A DNA stretch of 64,000 nt. It comes from Malacoraja senta (Eukaryota). Each line of letters begins with the position of its first letter. Position 1 is the first letter of the stretch. The notes below the pieces were generated by a model, which was given only the letters and a program-made list of their open reading frames with translations, made no database searches and was not told the origin of the DNA. Positions 11,960 to 24,972 of this stretch are shown here, in pieces. Position numbers and translations under genes: made by a program. The DNA is taken from NCBI GenBank assembly GCA_038087875.1, contig CM075977.1, positions 1,984,001-2,048,000 on the forward strand, given 5' to 3'.

Positions 11960-12800
11960 AAGCCGTCAAGGCGACTTTTTCCAATATTGATTTAATTGTC
12001 TCTCTTTTGACAGGCACATACATCATTGGTTTTAATGGCCAATCAAAAGTTGGCAGGCTTTAGTGTTTCCATTCTTTGCTGTACATGACATTTGGCATGC
12101 TTAATCAAAATGCAGGTTTGCAATAGCAATGGAGTTGATGACTGAGTCATATGCTGTTTAAACAGACAGAAAATTAGCTGAAAAGATGCTAAAATATCTC
12201 TTTAAGTGGCATTTTAAGCTCATTTTATATTTGAAACATGAATTAATTAGGCTGCCTCTTGCTGTGTTCTGCTGCTCCAACTTGCATAAGATGACTTTTT
12301 TTTCCCAGAGAGCATCCAGAGTGTCTAAAAACAATTGCTTGGGCCCTAACAATGTGGGCCAACAGTGACAGAGCAGAAGAGTTCAAGCTGAGGGTGCAGG
12401 AAAGGGAAATAGTCCCATTGCTTCTGCACGATAGTAAGGATTGGAGGAAATGGTTCTTCATAAACCAGGAGGCCTCGGAATTATCACTTGGATAAAGGGA
12501 GGGGGAAAGGGATGTTTCTCCTGCTTCATTACAAAGCATCTAATTATCAGTAAACTTGATGGATTTGTGACAGGTTCAATGATTAATGCTGATAAATTTA
12601 GTAGGGTGTCAGGTTGGCAGGCGGTTTGATGTGATCAACTTGATATTATACAGTCCCCATAGCCCGTAGTGCAGTATTAACTCAATTTACTGGTGCAGGT
12701 GACAAATGGACTTTACTACCTGACTAATCATGTCACGGAGACAATGCGGCTTTAATCACCTCAGTAATTCTGCTGCTAACGGAGCACAGGGCCAGACTAA
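11960..12800. promoter_or_regulatory. Candidate intronic enhancer with a Pbx-Hox/Meis motif cluster
   Basis: TGATGGAT 12557, TGACAG 12568, TGATTAAT 12580, TGATAAAT 12590 and TGACAG 12008, in unique sequence. Confidence 0.55.
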
Positions 12801-15339
12801 AACCTTCCAGCTTCTTTCCTATTGATCTGAAAGCTTACCACAGTTTTTCTTTTAATGTGACAGCAATTTTGTTTTAATAAACATTTTCATTATTATGTAG
12901 GATCTACAGCAAGGAAATAGGCTATTTATCTCTAATAGTCCTTGCTGATGATTACATCCCACATACGCCGCTGCCCATATCCCTTCATCTCCCCCAACAT
13001 CACCTCCTTCTATTCCTTCTCATCCGTTTATCCCATTTCCCTGTCAACGCATGGTTCCACCACTCCCTGTGGGAATGAGTTCCACGTTGACACTGGACAA
13101 GGAGGTTTCTTCTGAGTTCTTTATTTTAATTTATAATTATTATTTGGCTTTTAAATTTGACCCGATGAACAACGATGAAAAGATAAATGTTTCTATGTGT
13201 AATTTCACTGCCTGCAAAATGTCTGGCGGCTGTCGTCATCCTGGCCGATCTTGGTGTCAATGCTGCGTTCACATAACAGAATGTGCCAGCAATGTGCGCC
13301 ACTGGAATGAAATTGGTTTCGTTGTGGGTATTAATGGCGTGTGTGTGGGGAACAGTTGCTTTAAATTTTCCAGCCCCTCTTAAAGCTTTATTAAGGTATG
13401 TGCACATGTTGAAGATTAAAATGATGACCAAAATGAACCGCTCAGGCTGGTTGAAGGGGAGAAAAACATAGTGGGAAGCAAATTGTTTCCCTTAGTCTGT
13501 GTGTCCAGAACAAGGGGGAAGGGGGCTGAACAAAATTGGAGCAAAGCCATTCAAGAGAATGCATTTGTTCACTCAGTGGAATTTGCAGGGTCTATTTCCT
13601 GACAAACCAAGATATGTTAGTTCGCAAGGAAATGGGTGGAATGACAATGCAGATTTGATATGATCTACGGCAGAAAAGTCTTGAGGTTCTCGATGGACCA
13701 TTCTTCTTCCTCTCTCCCTGTTCTGCGAGGAACAAATTGCTGGAACTGAAGAATAAGTCAGTGAATTGACTCCAGTGTGTCAGATTGCAGCAGCCACTGG
13801 TAAAGAGGCTTTTATATTTCACCTGAAAATGCCGGCATTGCATTAACATTTAGGTTCTCAGTCGGCAGATGGCTGCTGACCCCCCCCCCCCCCACACACA
13901 AGGAGTCAGGAATTAATCCACCTGCTCATATTTAGAAATGATTTGGAATATTAAGCGCTGCACAGGTGTGAATGGTAAACACACTTTAATATTAACACAG
14001 TGCAGAGAGAAAGAGACTTGCTGCACAGAAAGAGGTAATTGAGATAATTGTTTCCATGTTGGCTGAAAAAAGAGCCATTGACACAATGCCCACTTGCCAA
14101 CTTAACCCTCCTGAATAAAGTGCAGTGTACTCATCGAGCGGCTTTATAGATGGCAGGCTCTACCTCCGCCAGTCTGCCAGCTAGTAAGTTCAATACACCC
14201 TTAACTTTGGATGAAAAGATTTCCTCAACTTACTACCCAATCTTCAATCTGCCATCTGCCAATTTATGTTTTTGACCCTGATATGTACCTGTTGGTGTAT
14301 TCCACTAATATTAATTGACACTCAATTAACACATGACCAGCTTAAGTACAACATATATGGTTCTTCAATTTGGCTTCAATTATAAATATTGAGATTTTGT
14401 TTAACAGCAAATGTCAGTTTTATCTTTACGTGTACTCCAGTGTAAAAATAGGAAGGCCGCATTCGATAACCCATGCCTCTAATATTTTCCCTCAACTGAT
14501 CTCCGCTGATAAGGATTATCTGGTCCTTATCATTTTGCTGTTAGTGGGAGCTTGCTGTGCGCAAATTGGCAACTGTGTTTTTTGTACTTTGAAGACCTCA
14601 TTAGCGGTGACTTTTTTTGGATAAACACTGTAGAGATACAAGGTTTTCTTCTTTTATACTCTGCTCATAATGTTTTCACATTCTGCTTTATAATCACCCC
14701 TGTTCTATTTTATCATGGCATGCCGACATCATGGGCAAAGCCTGTATTTATTGTCAATCTCCATTTGCCTCCAAGCTGAGTGGCAAATTAAGGGGACAAT
14801 TAAGCATCATATTATTTGGAGTGCATCACATGTATGATCAGCAGATCTCCTTTCTTGGAGAACATTAGTGAACCAGATAGATTCTCACAGTTTCATTGTC
14901 ATCACAGTGGAGGTGTGCTTTTTGTTCCAGACTGATTTAATTACTTGATTATAAATCCCCTTGCTGTCATGGTATGATTTGAACATGTTTCTCTGGACCG
15001 TTGAACACTAACTTAACCTCAGTAATTCAACCTCAAAACCACTGCTCTCAGTTGTGCATAGTGTGCTGGAGCCTAATCCACAGACTTTACAATTACGTTT
15101 TCTTTCATTATGATTTTCCTTGATTTTTCTGGAGCTAAGAAATGGTAACTTCTCCATCTCTGTTTCCTGTGCTGTAGAGTTCTCGTCTCAGTCTGAATGG
15201 CTGAAGTTTAAACAACGCTTTGTTGAACACGATGTATAAAACTACTCAGAATATACTGTATTAGTGTCCTCAAACCTTAAGTACATAAATTCCTTGTCGA
15301 TTGGGGTTCCTGAGTCCGAACCCGCGCAACCTGTCCCTA

Positions 15340-16130
15340 CGGCTCAGCCCCTCAAGTCCTGGCAGCATTGTCTCTGCACTCCTTCCAGCTTAATGACATC
15401 CTTCCTATAGCAGAGTGACTGAAACTGAATAAAGTATTCCAAATTTGGCCTCACTGACGTACTGTACAACTGTAATTTAACGTCCCAACATCTATACTCA
15501 ACACCCAGACTGATGAAGGCTAATGTACCAAAAGCTTTCTTATCACCCAATCTACCTACGATGCCACTTTCAAGGAACAGTGCCTGTACTCCTAGATCCC
15601 TCTGCGCTACAACGGTCCCCAGGGCCCTACCATTCACTGTGAAGATCCTGTCCTGGTTTGACTACCCAAAATGTAACACTTTGTCCTTATTGTATTAAAC
15701 TCCTTTCGCCATTTCTCAGCCCACATGACCAGCTGATCAAGAGCCTGCTGTAATTTTGGTAACTATCTTCATTGTCTACGATACCACCTACTTTAGCATC
15801 ATTTGCAAACTTGCTAATCATGCCTTGTACATTCTCATGCAAATTGAATGAATGAATAAGTTTATTAAGCCAAGTATTCACATACAAGGAATTTGCCTTG
15901 GTGATTGTCGATATAAACCACAAACAGAAATTGTTACAACACTGATCCCTGAGGCACATCACATCACAGGCTTCCAGTCCAAAAAAGTCCCTTCCATTCC
16001 CAGCCTCTGCTCCCTTCCATGAAGCCAGTTCTGAATCCAGTTAGCTAGCTCTCCCTGGATCCCATGTGATCTAACCTTCTAGACAGAGCACCACCATGCA
16101 GTACCTCATGATGAGCCTTGCTGAAAGATT
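15340..16130 (-). mobile_element. CR1/HER1 LINE RT fragment
   Basis: ORF-track peptides KKAFGTLAFISLGVEYRCWDVKLQLYSTSVRPNLEY and GMISKFANDAKVGG are CR1 RT motifs; interrupted by a short retroposon tail at about 15845-15925. Confidence 0.85.
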
Positions 16131-17624
16131 AGTAGGGAGATCACGATTTTGCTGGAAGGCTTTGAGATTCATACAATTGGCTGCTTCCTTTTCTTGTGTT
16201 ACAACCTAGACCACTGTTCTTGGAGCTGGTTTATTTGTTTGGAGGTTGTGAAAAACAATGAGGTAATGAATAACTCTTTTTCCTTTAAGTAAAGGAAAAC
16301 TCTTCACTTAAAAGCAACATACTCAAGTAAAGCATTCTTTTTGCTGACTCACATTGACTGTGGCGACTTGTGATGACAGATTTGTTAAATGGGGGGAAGA
16401 GGGAGAACCAGGTGGTTTTTTTTAAACAGGTGTAAGCAAGAACATTAGATGCGCACGTTAATCATGTTTATTGGTTCATAAATAAACGTGTGTCTTATAC
16501 AATTATCATGTTTTATTAAAAAAGCTGCAAAAAACATTTGTTCCATTTGTTCAAACTACTTTCAGCTCAGATATCATCATTCATGGAATTATTGGACAGT
16601 TAAAGGGGACAGCTACACTGTAGGCTGATCTGATGTGGTCACACATCAGAAATGTGACAATCTGATGACAATGGAAGAGCAGGCAGATTAAGAAGTGTAC
16701 CTGACTGTTCTCTCCTGAGAACTGTGGTACTGCAGGAGTTGTTCTGTGATAGGATACTGAGCTTGGTCCTTGATGTTGTAGCTTGTCTTTCACATGTCTC
16801 ATGTTGCCAGGATTGGTACATTGTGAAAACAGAAGTCTCTCTTTTGCATTCACTCTGATCAGTTTGGATGTATTTCTGCAACTGACTACAATTGGGTTGC
16901 ACTCTGCAGTTTGGTTGCCACTTTAACCCGAAGCCTTGTCTGTCCTCTTGTTTGGACAAAAAAGATACCAAGGCCTTACTTCAAAGACAATCAGGAGGGG
17001 GTTCTCTCGGTGGTCCTGGGGCCAAAAGGTATCCTTTCACCAACAGTCACCAATCAAGCAATATTGCTTTCTTTGAATCACAAATAACATTTGTTGCTCA
17101 GTTACTCAGGTTAACCCCTTCAATCAGAATGCCACTGCTCTCGAAGTTCCCAACTTTGGGCTTTCCATGCTATTAGTTTATTATTGTGGTCTATTCTAGA
17201 TCGATTTCAGGAAGTTCTAAGCTTGATTACTTTTAACAAAAAAGATCTATGTCCAGAGTCCTGTTGTTCTGGGCACCTGTTCCTTTAGACTAGTGGAAGG
17301 CAGGCTGGGGAAGTATAGTGGTCACCAGCAAGCTGTAAACATTGGCCTCTAATGAAGCAGCCAGTGTGACCTGTAAGCATCAAAGCATTGTTAAAGGGAG
17401 GCAGCTTCAAAGCCCTGAGGCTTTGTCCTGACCATAATCATTCACCTTCTCACCCTCCCAAGTGGGACGACAACGACCTTTTAACCCTTACTGAGCTGGG
17501 CTCCCTTTTTGTCTGTCACTGTTTGTAATGGAAAATGGGTGGTGGGGGAGGTGGGGTGCCGGGGGTGATGGTGAGGCAACAAAGACTGAGTAAGAAATCC
17601 CTGCCATCACTGACCTGTAGCTAC

Positions 17625-17975
17625 TAGCGTATGATGGTGGCACAGTGTTCATTCACTGGACCGGTAATCTAGAGGTTTGGTATAACAATCAAAAAATCTG
17701 AACTCAAACTCTAGCCTGGCATTTACAATTGGTTAAAAACTCAGGATTAACATAAAGCTAATGGTTTGTATGGGCGACCATAGAATGATCAGTTCAGAGG
17801 TAACTTGCATCATTTTACTGCCCGGACTGCTCTCCGAACGCACCACTGTGGCTGTCTCTCCTATGCTTTTGCAAATGGCATAGCAAACCACTTTGTCCAA
17901 GGCAGTTAGCGATGGACAGTTAGTGCTGGCTGTGTCAGTGATACTTATGTTCCAGAAATAAAAAATAAAAAATCA
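17625..17975 (+). mobile_element. Old chondrichthyan SINE relic
   Basis: tRNA-like head (GGTGGCACAGTG..CACTGGACCGGTAATCTAGAG) and A-rich tail; similar decayed pieces at about 34000-34200 and 55930-56130. Confidence 0.4.
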
Positions 17976-18959
17976 ACGAGCAAAGTTACCTGAGACCTTT
18001 TGTCATCACACAATGTTCTGAGAGAGAGAGTCCACCTATGGACCCCTGTTACTGGTGATGTTTTATTGCTGTGATCTAACTATCTGGATAAAACCATTGT
18101 AGCTAATTCTTAATGGTGAGATATGGTCCATGGGATATTTTTGCGCTTGTGTGAAAAAATATTCCATTGGGAAAAAGGGGAATATTTTATTCCATAAAAT
18201 TTTATTTACATCCACAACAAATCTATGCTTACCAGGTTTTTGGAAAGATTATTATGGACAAGGTAGACCATTATTATTTTATACATCTTTGTTTTATATT
18301 CTTTAAAAGAAAATGCCCCCTATGTAATTCGGGTGCCAGCGGCTTGTTATATCCACCTGTTATCCGAGTCTCTTGCTTAACATTGAGGCAGCAGATGTGT
18401 AGTCATTCATGGAAATCGATGACCCTGAAGGAGGCCGTTTGGCCAATTGTGTCCATTCTGGTCCAAAGAAAGGTCTTCATTCTAATTCCGCTCCCAAGCT
18501 CTTGCTCCATCGCCCCTTACGTTTGTAGTCCAGCAACAGCTAAATTGCATGCTTTTTAAATTTGAGGAGGTTTACTGGTTCCAATGCCCTCGCAGGCATT
18601 TAGTCCCGGAACCCCCCCCCACCCCCCCCACCCCCCCCCCATCCCCATTCTACACTCAGTGAAGAAAGAATCCTCCAGATGTTTGGAACACTCTGATGCC
18701 TGCCATTCCTTCTTGGTTGTAACTTTCCAATCCTCTGATCCTTGTTAATTTTCTTCTCCACCCCTCCTACTCAGCCCTCTCCTCTAAAGCAGCACAAGCC
18801 CCACGCTAGACCATTTGTGGAAGCAGTGAAGTTGGTAGAAAGAGCTGATGGAGGGAGATGATGGGATGTAGTTATGGCTAAGAGGAATTAAAATCCAGGA
18901 TGGTCGCAAAAGTGGGAGCAATTTACACACATTAGGAAAGGAAAGAGGATCAAATGGTG

Positions 18960-19290
18960 CACTGAAAGAGAATTAAGGTTGACAAATCAGTGGACCTGGG
19001 ATAAATTTCCCTGCAACATCTGTGACTGCTGCCATTATCTTGACAGGTGTCAATTAAGAATTACTGCCTGCTGGTGTCATTTTTCCAGCCCAGCTGTCTG
19101 TGTGTGAAAGAAATAACACTTTACCCTTGTCACTTTGTTAGTGCTCTGCTATTGCCACAAAATGAGCGTCAGCACGCTAATCGATAACTAGTGTATTAGC
19201 AATTATTTTGCACATTGATTTATGAATGGGAACGGTTCCTCCTGTATAGTTATTAGCTGCTGATTAAATGTGCCCAGTGCCCAGCACAGG
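18960..19290. promoter_or_regulatory. Candidate enhancer (Meis/TGIF inverted site plus Pbx-Hox site)
   Basis: TTGACAGGTGTCAA 19040-19053, TGATTTAT 19216-19223 and several TAAT cores in unique sequence. Confidence 0.5.
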
Positions 19291-19607
19291 GTGGATATAT
19301 ATTCCCGCAGAGGCCAGGTCTGGAACAAACTGTGCAAGATAGCAGCTCAAAAACACCTCCATCATCAGGGGCTGTTAACAAGGCAAGTTTCACCTTAGCA
19401 AAGAGATAGCCAATATTCCTGTAATACGAGTTTGTTTGAATGTAGGCATCTGCGTGCTTATGTACACCTGAGGACCTTTGTGTGTGTGTTTGTGTTTGTG
19501 CGTGACTGTGTGTGTTCATGTGTGTGCAAGTGCAATTGAGTACATCTGAATCTGTGGATATATCCACGGTTGTGCTTTTTGGGTGTATGCACACATGGTG
19601 TGAGCAT

Positions 19608-19610
<3 letters not shown>

Positions 19611-19686
<76 letters not shown>
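19611..19686. repeat. (GT)n microsatellite within a TG-rich low-complexity tract (about 19480-19940)
   Basis: Directly visible; explains the HTHT/CVCV ORFs. Confidence 0.97.
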
Positions 19687-19688
<2 letters not shown>

Positions 19689-20709
19689 ACGCATTTATGT
19701 GCATTCATATGTGTAATTCAATGCATATCCTCATGCCTCTGTGTTTCTAAGCATGCATGCATGATTTTATACCGTAGTTTTAGTCTAGAACTTCGGTATA
19801 TACGTGTGTTCATGCACCTGTGTGGGTGTCCATACATTTTTACCTGTGTGTCTGTATCTATGTTTTGGTTATGTATATGTTTTGCATGTGTGTCTTTAAG
19901 CATGCATGTGTGTGCATATATATATGTGTGTGTGTGGTGTTTATATCAGTATGTCCAGCCTATGAGAGTGCCATTGACTTACATTGGACATTGCTTTGCC
20001 AGAGGGGGGAGAAGCCTCAGTGGTCAGGCAGTATGCTGCGTCCTGTCTCCCCACCCCCAGCTGCAGGAGTAGATTCTGACTGCTGCCCAACCCGAGCAAA
20101 GCGATGGCTGCCATACACACATTCTAACCATCCTCAGCATCTCACCAGGAAATGACCCATTTATCAGAAGCCTTTTTAACGTTTTTTTTTAAAGGTCCAG
20201 TGCTGCTTGCTGGCATTAATGCTGAAAAGTTTCATTCACATCACTGATTTACAACATCCTGCCTTCCTTTGTTTTGCCGGGTGCTGGTAGTCATAGCATC
20301 ACACTTCTGTAAAATGACAGCAGTAAATGGTGTCTGATGCTCACAGGATGTGTTAAAGATAAAAATCTCTTCTGCCAAGAAACATTCCTAATCAATCCCT
20401 GTTGATCTCAGTTTATTAAAATTTGTATTTATGCAGCTCCAATTAAGGAAACTACCATGCAGTTTTACAGGTTCTGCTGCTTGTGCATTCTCCTTAAGTT
20501 TGCAAAGAGTAATCCTTGGTAGACCTTCAGAAACATTATTCCTGGATTTGTGATTTATGATGTTGAATTAAATACTTAAAATCTTGATGTAATGCATGAT
20601 GCTACGTTAGGTAAATTCTTGGGTAGAGGACTAAACCTTTTTCACAGTCCAAATTAATCCAAATCAGTTCACAATATCTCTTGTGTTAACTTAGACTCAA
20701 TTGGATCAG

Positions 20710-21010
20710 GAGTTGCGAGTTAAAGTCACACTCCACAGACATAAATTGAGGTTATAGTCCTGGTGCAAGAGTGAGGCAGTGCTTCACTGATGGACATACC
20801 ATTATTTGGATGAGATGATAAATCAAGACACCCTTCCTTCCCTCAGCTGTAAAACCCATGGACTGGTGGAGTGGTATTTCAAAGGGGAACAACTTTCTCC
20901 TTTTCATTTCACCACCTACTAAACATCATTGCCAAAAGTCACATATTTCAGCCAAGTTCCCTACACTACAAAATGGAATGTGCTTAATTATCTGTAATGT
21001 ACTCTTGAGT
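20710..21010 (+). mobile_element. Ancient Deu-domain SINE-like relic (SacSINE/AmnSINE type)
   Basis: TTTGGATGAGATGATAAATCAAGAC..CTGTAAAACCCATGG resembles the recalled Deu core; related pieces at about 27230-27395 and 32750-32965. Confidence 0.35.
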
Positions 21011-21306
21011 TATTCTGGGGCTGCCTGTCCATACCTCTACCTCCTCTCTTTGTGCTTTAGAAAGGGTGCAGATGGATTTTAGTTGAATGCAGAGTCCAAA
21101 GGCAAGAGTAGATTGTTTTTTCAAAGCAACAATCATAACATCTGCTTTTTTTTAGCACTTTCAGTGTGACAATAAAATGTGGTCAGGCGCTTCACTGGAG
21201 CTTTAACAAAACAAAACAAAAAGAAGATGGCACCCACAAAATATTACAGCATAGTTGGAGAGTTACTGTAGGCTTTGAGGAGCATCTTAAGAAATTGAGA
21301 GGTTAA

Positions 21307-21980
21307 AGGGCCTGTCCCACTTACATGTCCTTGGCACGCAGATTACGCGACCTCGTGGTCGCATTGAGGCGCACGGGCATCGTATGGCCGCACGGGGCTG
21401 GTCCCACTGAGAAGGGCGGAGGGGTATGTAGTTGTGCGCGACATCGCGCGGGGCTCCGAAAATTTGTAACAAACAAAATCTTTGCGCGCCAACGGCCTGT
21501 CGCGGAACTGACGGCCAAAGTGGGACAGGCCCAAGACCCTGGCTCGACGCAATGTCTCACCTCCAACTGCAGCAGAAGCAGGCAAACGATCGCCGAACTC
21601 GGCCTGGGGCTCACGGCCGTTGTGGATCCGGATCTGCCCCCACTTCTACTCCCAGAGCGGGGCCAAGAAAATTGAAGATAGACACAAAATGCAGGAGTAA
21701 CTCAGCGGGACCGGCAGCATCTCTGGAGAGAAGCAATGGATGACGTTTCGGGTCAAGACCCTTCTTTTCAGAAGAGTCTCGACGAAACATCACCCATTCC
21801 TTCTCTCCAGAGATGCTGCCGGTCCCGCTGAGTTACTCCAGCTTTGTCCATTTTCAAATGACGTCACGTGCTCCAGACGGCTGTGCGGTCGAATGCGACC
21901 TTCGTAGGACCGTCGCGGTTCAACGCGACCACGAGGTCGCATAATTTGCATGCCAAGGACACGTAAGTGGGACAGGCCCT
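21307..21980. mobile_element. PIF/Harbinger-type MITE with a nested Penelope-derived foldback
   Basis: Imperfect TIRs of about 60 bp (AGGGCCTGTCCCACTTAC.. / ..GTAAGTGGGACAGGCCCT) and a TAA target duplication at 21304-21306 and 21981-21983; CpG-rich. Confidence 0.85.
21672..21848. mobile_element. Penelope-derived foldback element
   Basis: Arm GGAGTAACTCAGCGGGACCGGCAGCATCTCTGGAGAGAAG and its reverse complement flank a central CCCTTCTTTTCAGAAGAG. Confidence 0.75.
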
Positions 21981-24360
21981 TAAGGGAGTTATTTCCAGAG
22001 ACTAGAACTGAAGGCATGACTTTCTTTGATGGGGAGAGAATATTCGAGACATTCAAGTTTTCAGATGGCGGAGATGCGGAAAGATGATGAGGAGTGTTGT
22101 GGGGGAGGTGGGAGAAATAATGGTGAGAAAATGGGAAGATTTTAAAAATCAGCGTGAAAAAGCAAAATACAACTAGGCAAAGTGACAGCACTGGGTGGAA
22201 GAAACATTTGGAGAAGTGATCATCTTGGTAAACAATGGGCATTGTCCATTTGTTCCAATTGATCAATATTATCACCTGATATGTAAGTGTTAGAAATAAC
22301 CACAAATGGATCCAGAAACAGCAATGCAGTGAATATCATGTGCATTCCACAATATCAAACTTTCCTTCATTACTCCAGCAAAGCATAGAACTATCTCCAT
22401 GTTATTAATGGATGAAACTTCCTTGTTTGGCATCTGCAGTGAAACCTCCTTGGGTTTGACGAGGTAGATGGTAAGGGACTATTTCCTCTGGTTGTGGATT
22501 CAAGAATAAGAAGTTCTGTCTCTGGAGAAGTGGACGGTCATTTAGGAAGGAGTGGGTTGTAAGTCATTGGAATTCGTGAGGGCTGTTGGTTTTCAGTCAT
22601 TGAGTATATTCAAGACTGAATTTTTCTGAAAGAAGCCAATAATTACAAGGATTGGGTGAATATTCACTTTTGGTGGCAGATCAGTCATGAACCTATTGAA
22701 AGAGAGTACGGGTTAAATGGTTCTCCTGTTAGTAGGTCGGTTTTCTTTACAATATGAGCCATCATCACTAAGGTAATGTTTCTAAATTAATTTACATTTA
22801 TGCTGGAAGCACAAATCTATCTCTGTTGAGGTGTCGGATTTATTTGTGGTGATTTAAAGTTTGATATTGCTAGGATTTTCTCAGGGAAGTCTTAAGAAAA
22901 TAGATGGATGGAATTACAATCTAATTCAACAATAAAACAGTTTGTCGTGCTGAATGGCCTCATCCTATTTGTATAATGGATAATTTACACTATTTTATGT
23001 GTGACCGTTCAACATATTCGTGTTTTTTAAATGTCTCTAGTGTATAAGACTGATTTGCAGAAATCTTCTGGGAATTTATGCTCATTCAAGTGTTGCATTG
23101 GTAAAAAGGCTAATTATGGACAATTATAAAGATCTTTCATAGATTAACCAGCTAGAATCGGGAAAAACACAGGTACAAGGAATGCAATGTATCTCATTTC
23201 CACCACACATCTTTCCTGGTAAATTACAAGGCACAGCACGTAAAAGAGTTTGGCACACACCAAACATTACTTGGCATACGTCAAGCAAACACATATACCA
23301 TGAAGAACAATTTACTTCAGAATTTTTTAATACTCTAATACCCTGGGGTGTAAGTAGCAACAGTACTTCCACATCTGCACTTTGTGAAACATTAAGTGTT
23401 GCCAGAATGAGCTGCTAATGCACATTTATTTTCTCATTTCACTTTTATTGAACAAATATAAACAAGGTTCTCACAAATGGAGCAATCTTTTATCTCTGTA
23501 GAATTCTCCCTTGTTCTTTTGACTGCACCTTTCACCAGCTAGGCTTAATCATGTACTGATGTCTAACAGGGTGCGCCCATGTGAGAATAGTTTGGTTTGG
23601 GGTGAGATATGTTTGTGCTTGTGGTTCTCTTCGTAGGGTTTGCAAATGACACCAGATATGGCAAGGTAGCCTAGTCTTTATTGTGTTGATTCTCGACACA
23701 ATCCTGTAGTGAGCCTGGATATATTTTGAGAGCAGCAGGAGTGAGTAAGGAATTAAAGGGTGTGCTAATGAGGTGGGATGAGAATGGGTGGGAGATTTGT
23801 GTGGAGCACAAACACTGAAAGTGACCTGTTGGGTGAAATGAAATTACATGGAAGGTACTTTGATCACTGAAGAGGATAAATAGCTCATTTGGAACATGTT
23901 CTACCAGCAAATTAACAGTATTCTAGATGGTCTTTAACATTCAAGGTTATTCAGTCTCAGTGATGTTTAATTCCTCTCTCTGCTTCAGGACATCTGGGCT
24001 TGTGTTACAATATGGTTCACTCAGAGACTGACAGTCCTCAGATAAGGTGTCACGCCTGGTTTGTTGCTGAAGAGATACAATGCGATTGTTCCTCCAGTGG
24101 CTTATTGGTTGATTGATCCTCACATACAGATAAGGACAATCTACGTTGCTTCCTATCCATTCAAGGTCTCATATCCCAGCAGAGAAACGGGACTCCACAA
24201 TGTGACACAGTGCCTTTGATCAGGTGATGGGAGACAATTTGGTTTCCTTATCCAGTGAGTTCCTGGTTGGAAAGCAAAATACAAAGTACTGGAGGTACTC
24301 AGCAATTCAGGCTGCCTGATCCACTGAGTACCTCCAGCACTTTGATTTTTGCTCAAGATT

Positions 24361-24972
24361 ACATAGAAACACAGAAACATAGAAAATAGGTGCAGGAGTA
24401 GGCCATTCGGCCCTTCGAGCCTGCACCACCATTCGATATGATCATGGCTGATCATCCAACTCAGTATCCCATCCCTGCCTTCTCTCCATACCCCCTGATC
24501 CCTTTAGTCACAAGGGCCACATCTAACTCCCTCTTAAATATAGCCAATGAACTGGCCTCAACTACCTTCTGTGGCAGAGAATTACTCATCTCAGTCCTAA
24601 AAGACTTCCCTCTTATCCTTAACTGTGACCCCCTAGTTCTGGACTTCCCCAACATTGGGAATAATCTTCCTGCATCTAGCCTGTCCAACCCCTTAAGAAT
24701 TTTGTAAGTTTCTATAAGATCCCCCCTCAACCTTCTAAATTCTAGCGTGTACAAGCCGAGTCTATCCAGTCTTTCTTCATATGAAAGTCCTGCCATCCCA
24801 GGAATCAGTCTGGTGAACCTTCTCTGTACTCCCTCTATGGCAAGAATGTCTTTCCTCAGATTAGGAGACCAAAACTGTACGCAATACTCCAGGTGTGGTC
24901 TCACCAAGACCCTGTACAACTGCAGTAGAACCTCCCTGCTCTTATACTCAAATCCTTTTGCTATGAATGCTA
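24361..24972 (-). mobile_element. Young CR1/HER1 LINE 3' end
   Basis: ORF 24461-25024 (-) LAFIAKGFEYKSREVLLQLYRVLVRPHLEYCVQFWSP..RLRGDLIETYKIL; (CATAGAAA)n tail; splits a PLE-derived element (CAAGATT|AGCATCTGCAG). Confidence 0.92.

Noticed and set aside
17943-17960. CTTATGTTCCAGAA as the TSHZ1 exon 2 start (AYVPE)
   Set aside because: No AG acceptor, runs into an A-rich SINE tail with an immediate stop, and no long ORF follows
19253-20155. HTHT/CVCV ORFs
   Set aside because: Translations of the (GT)n microsatellite
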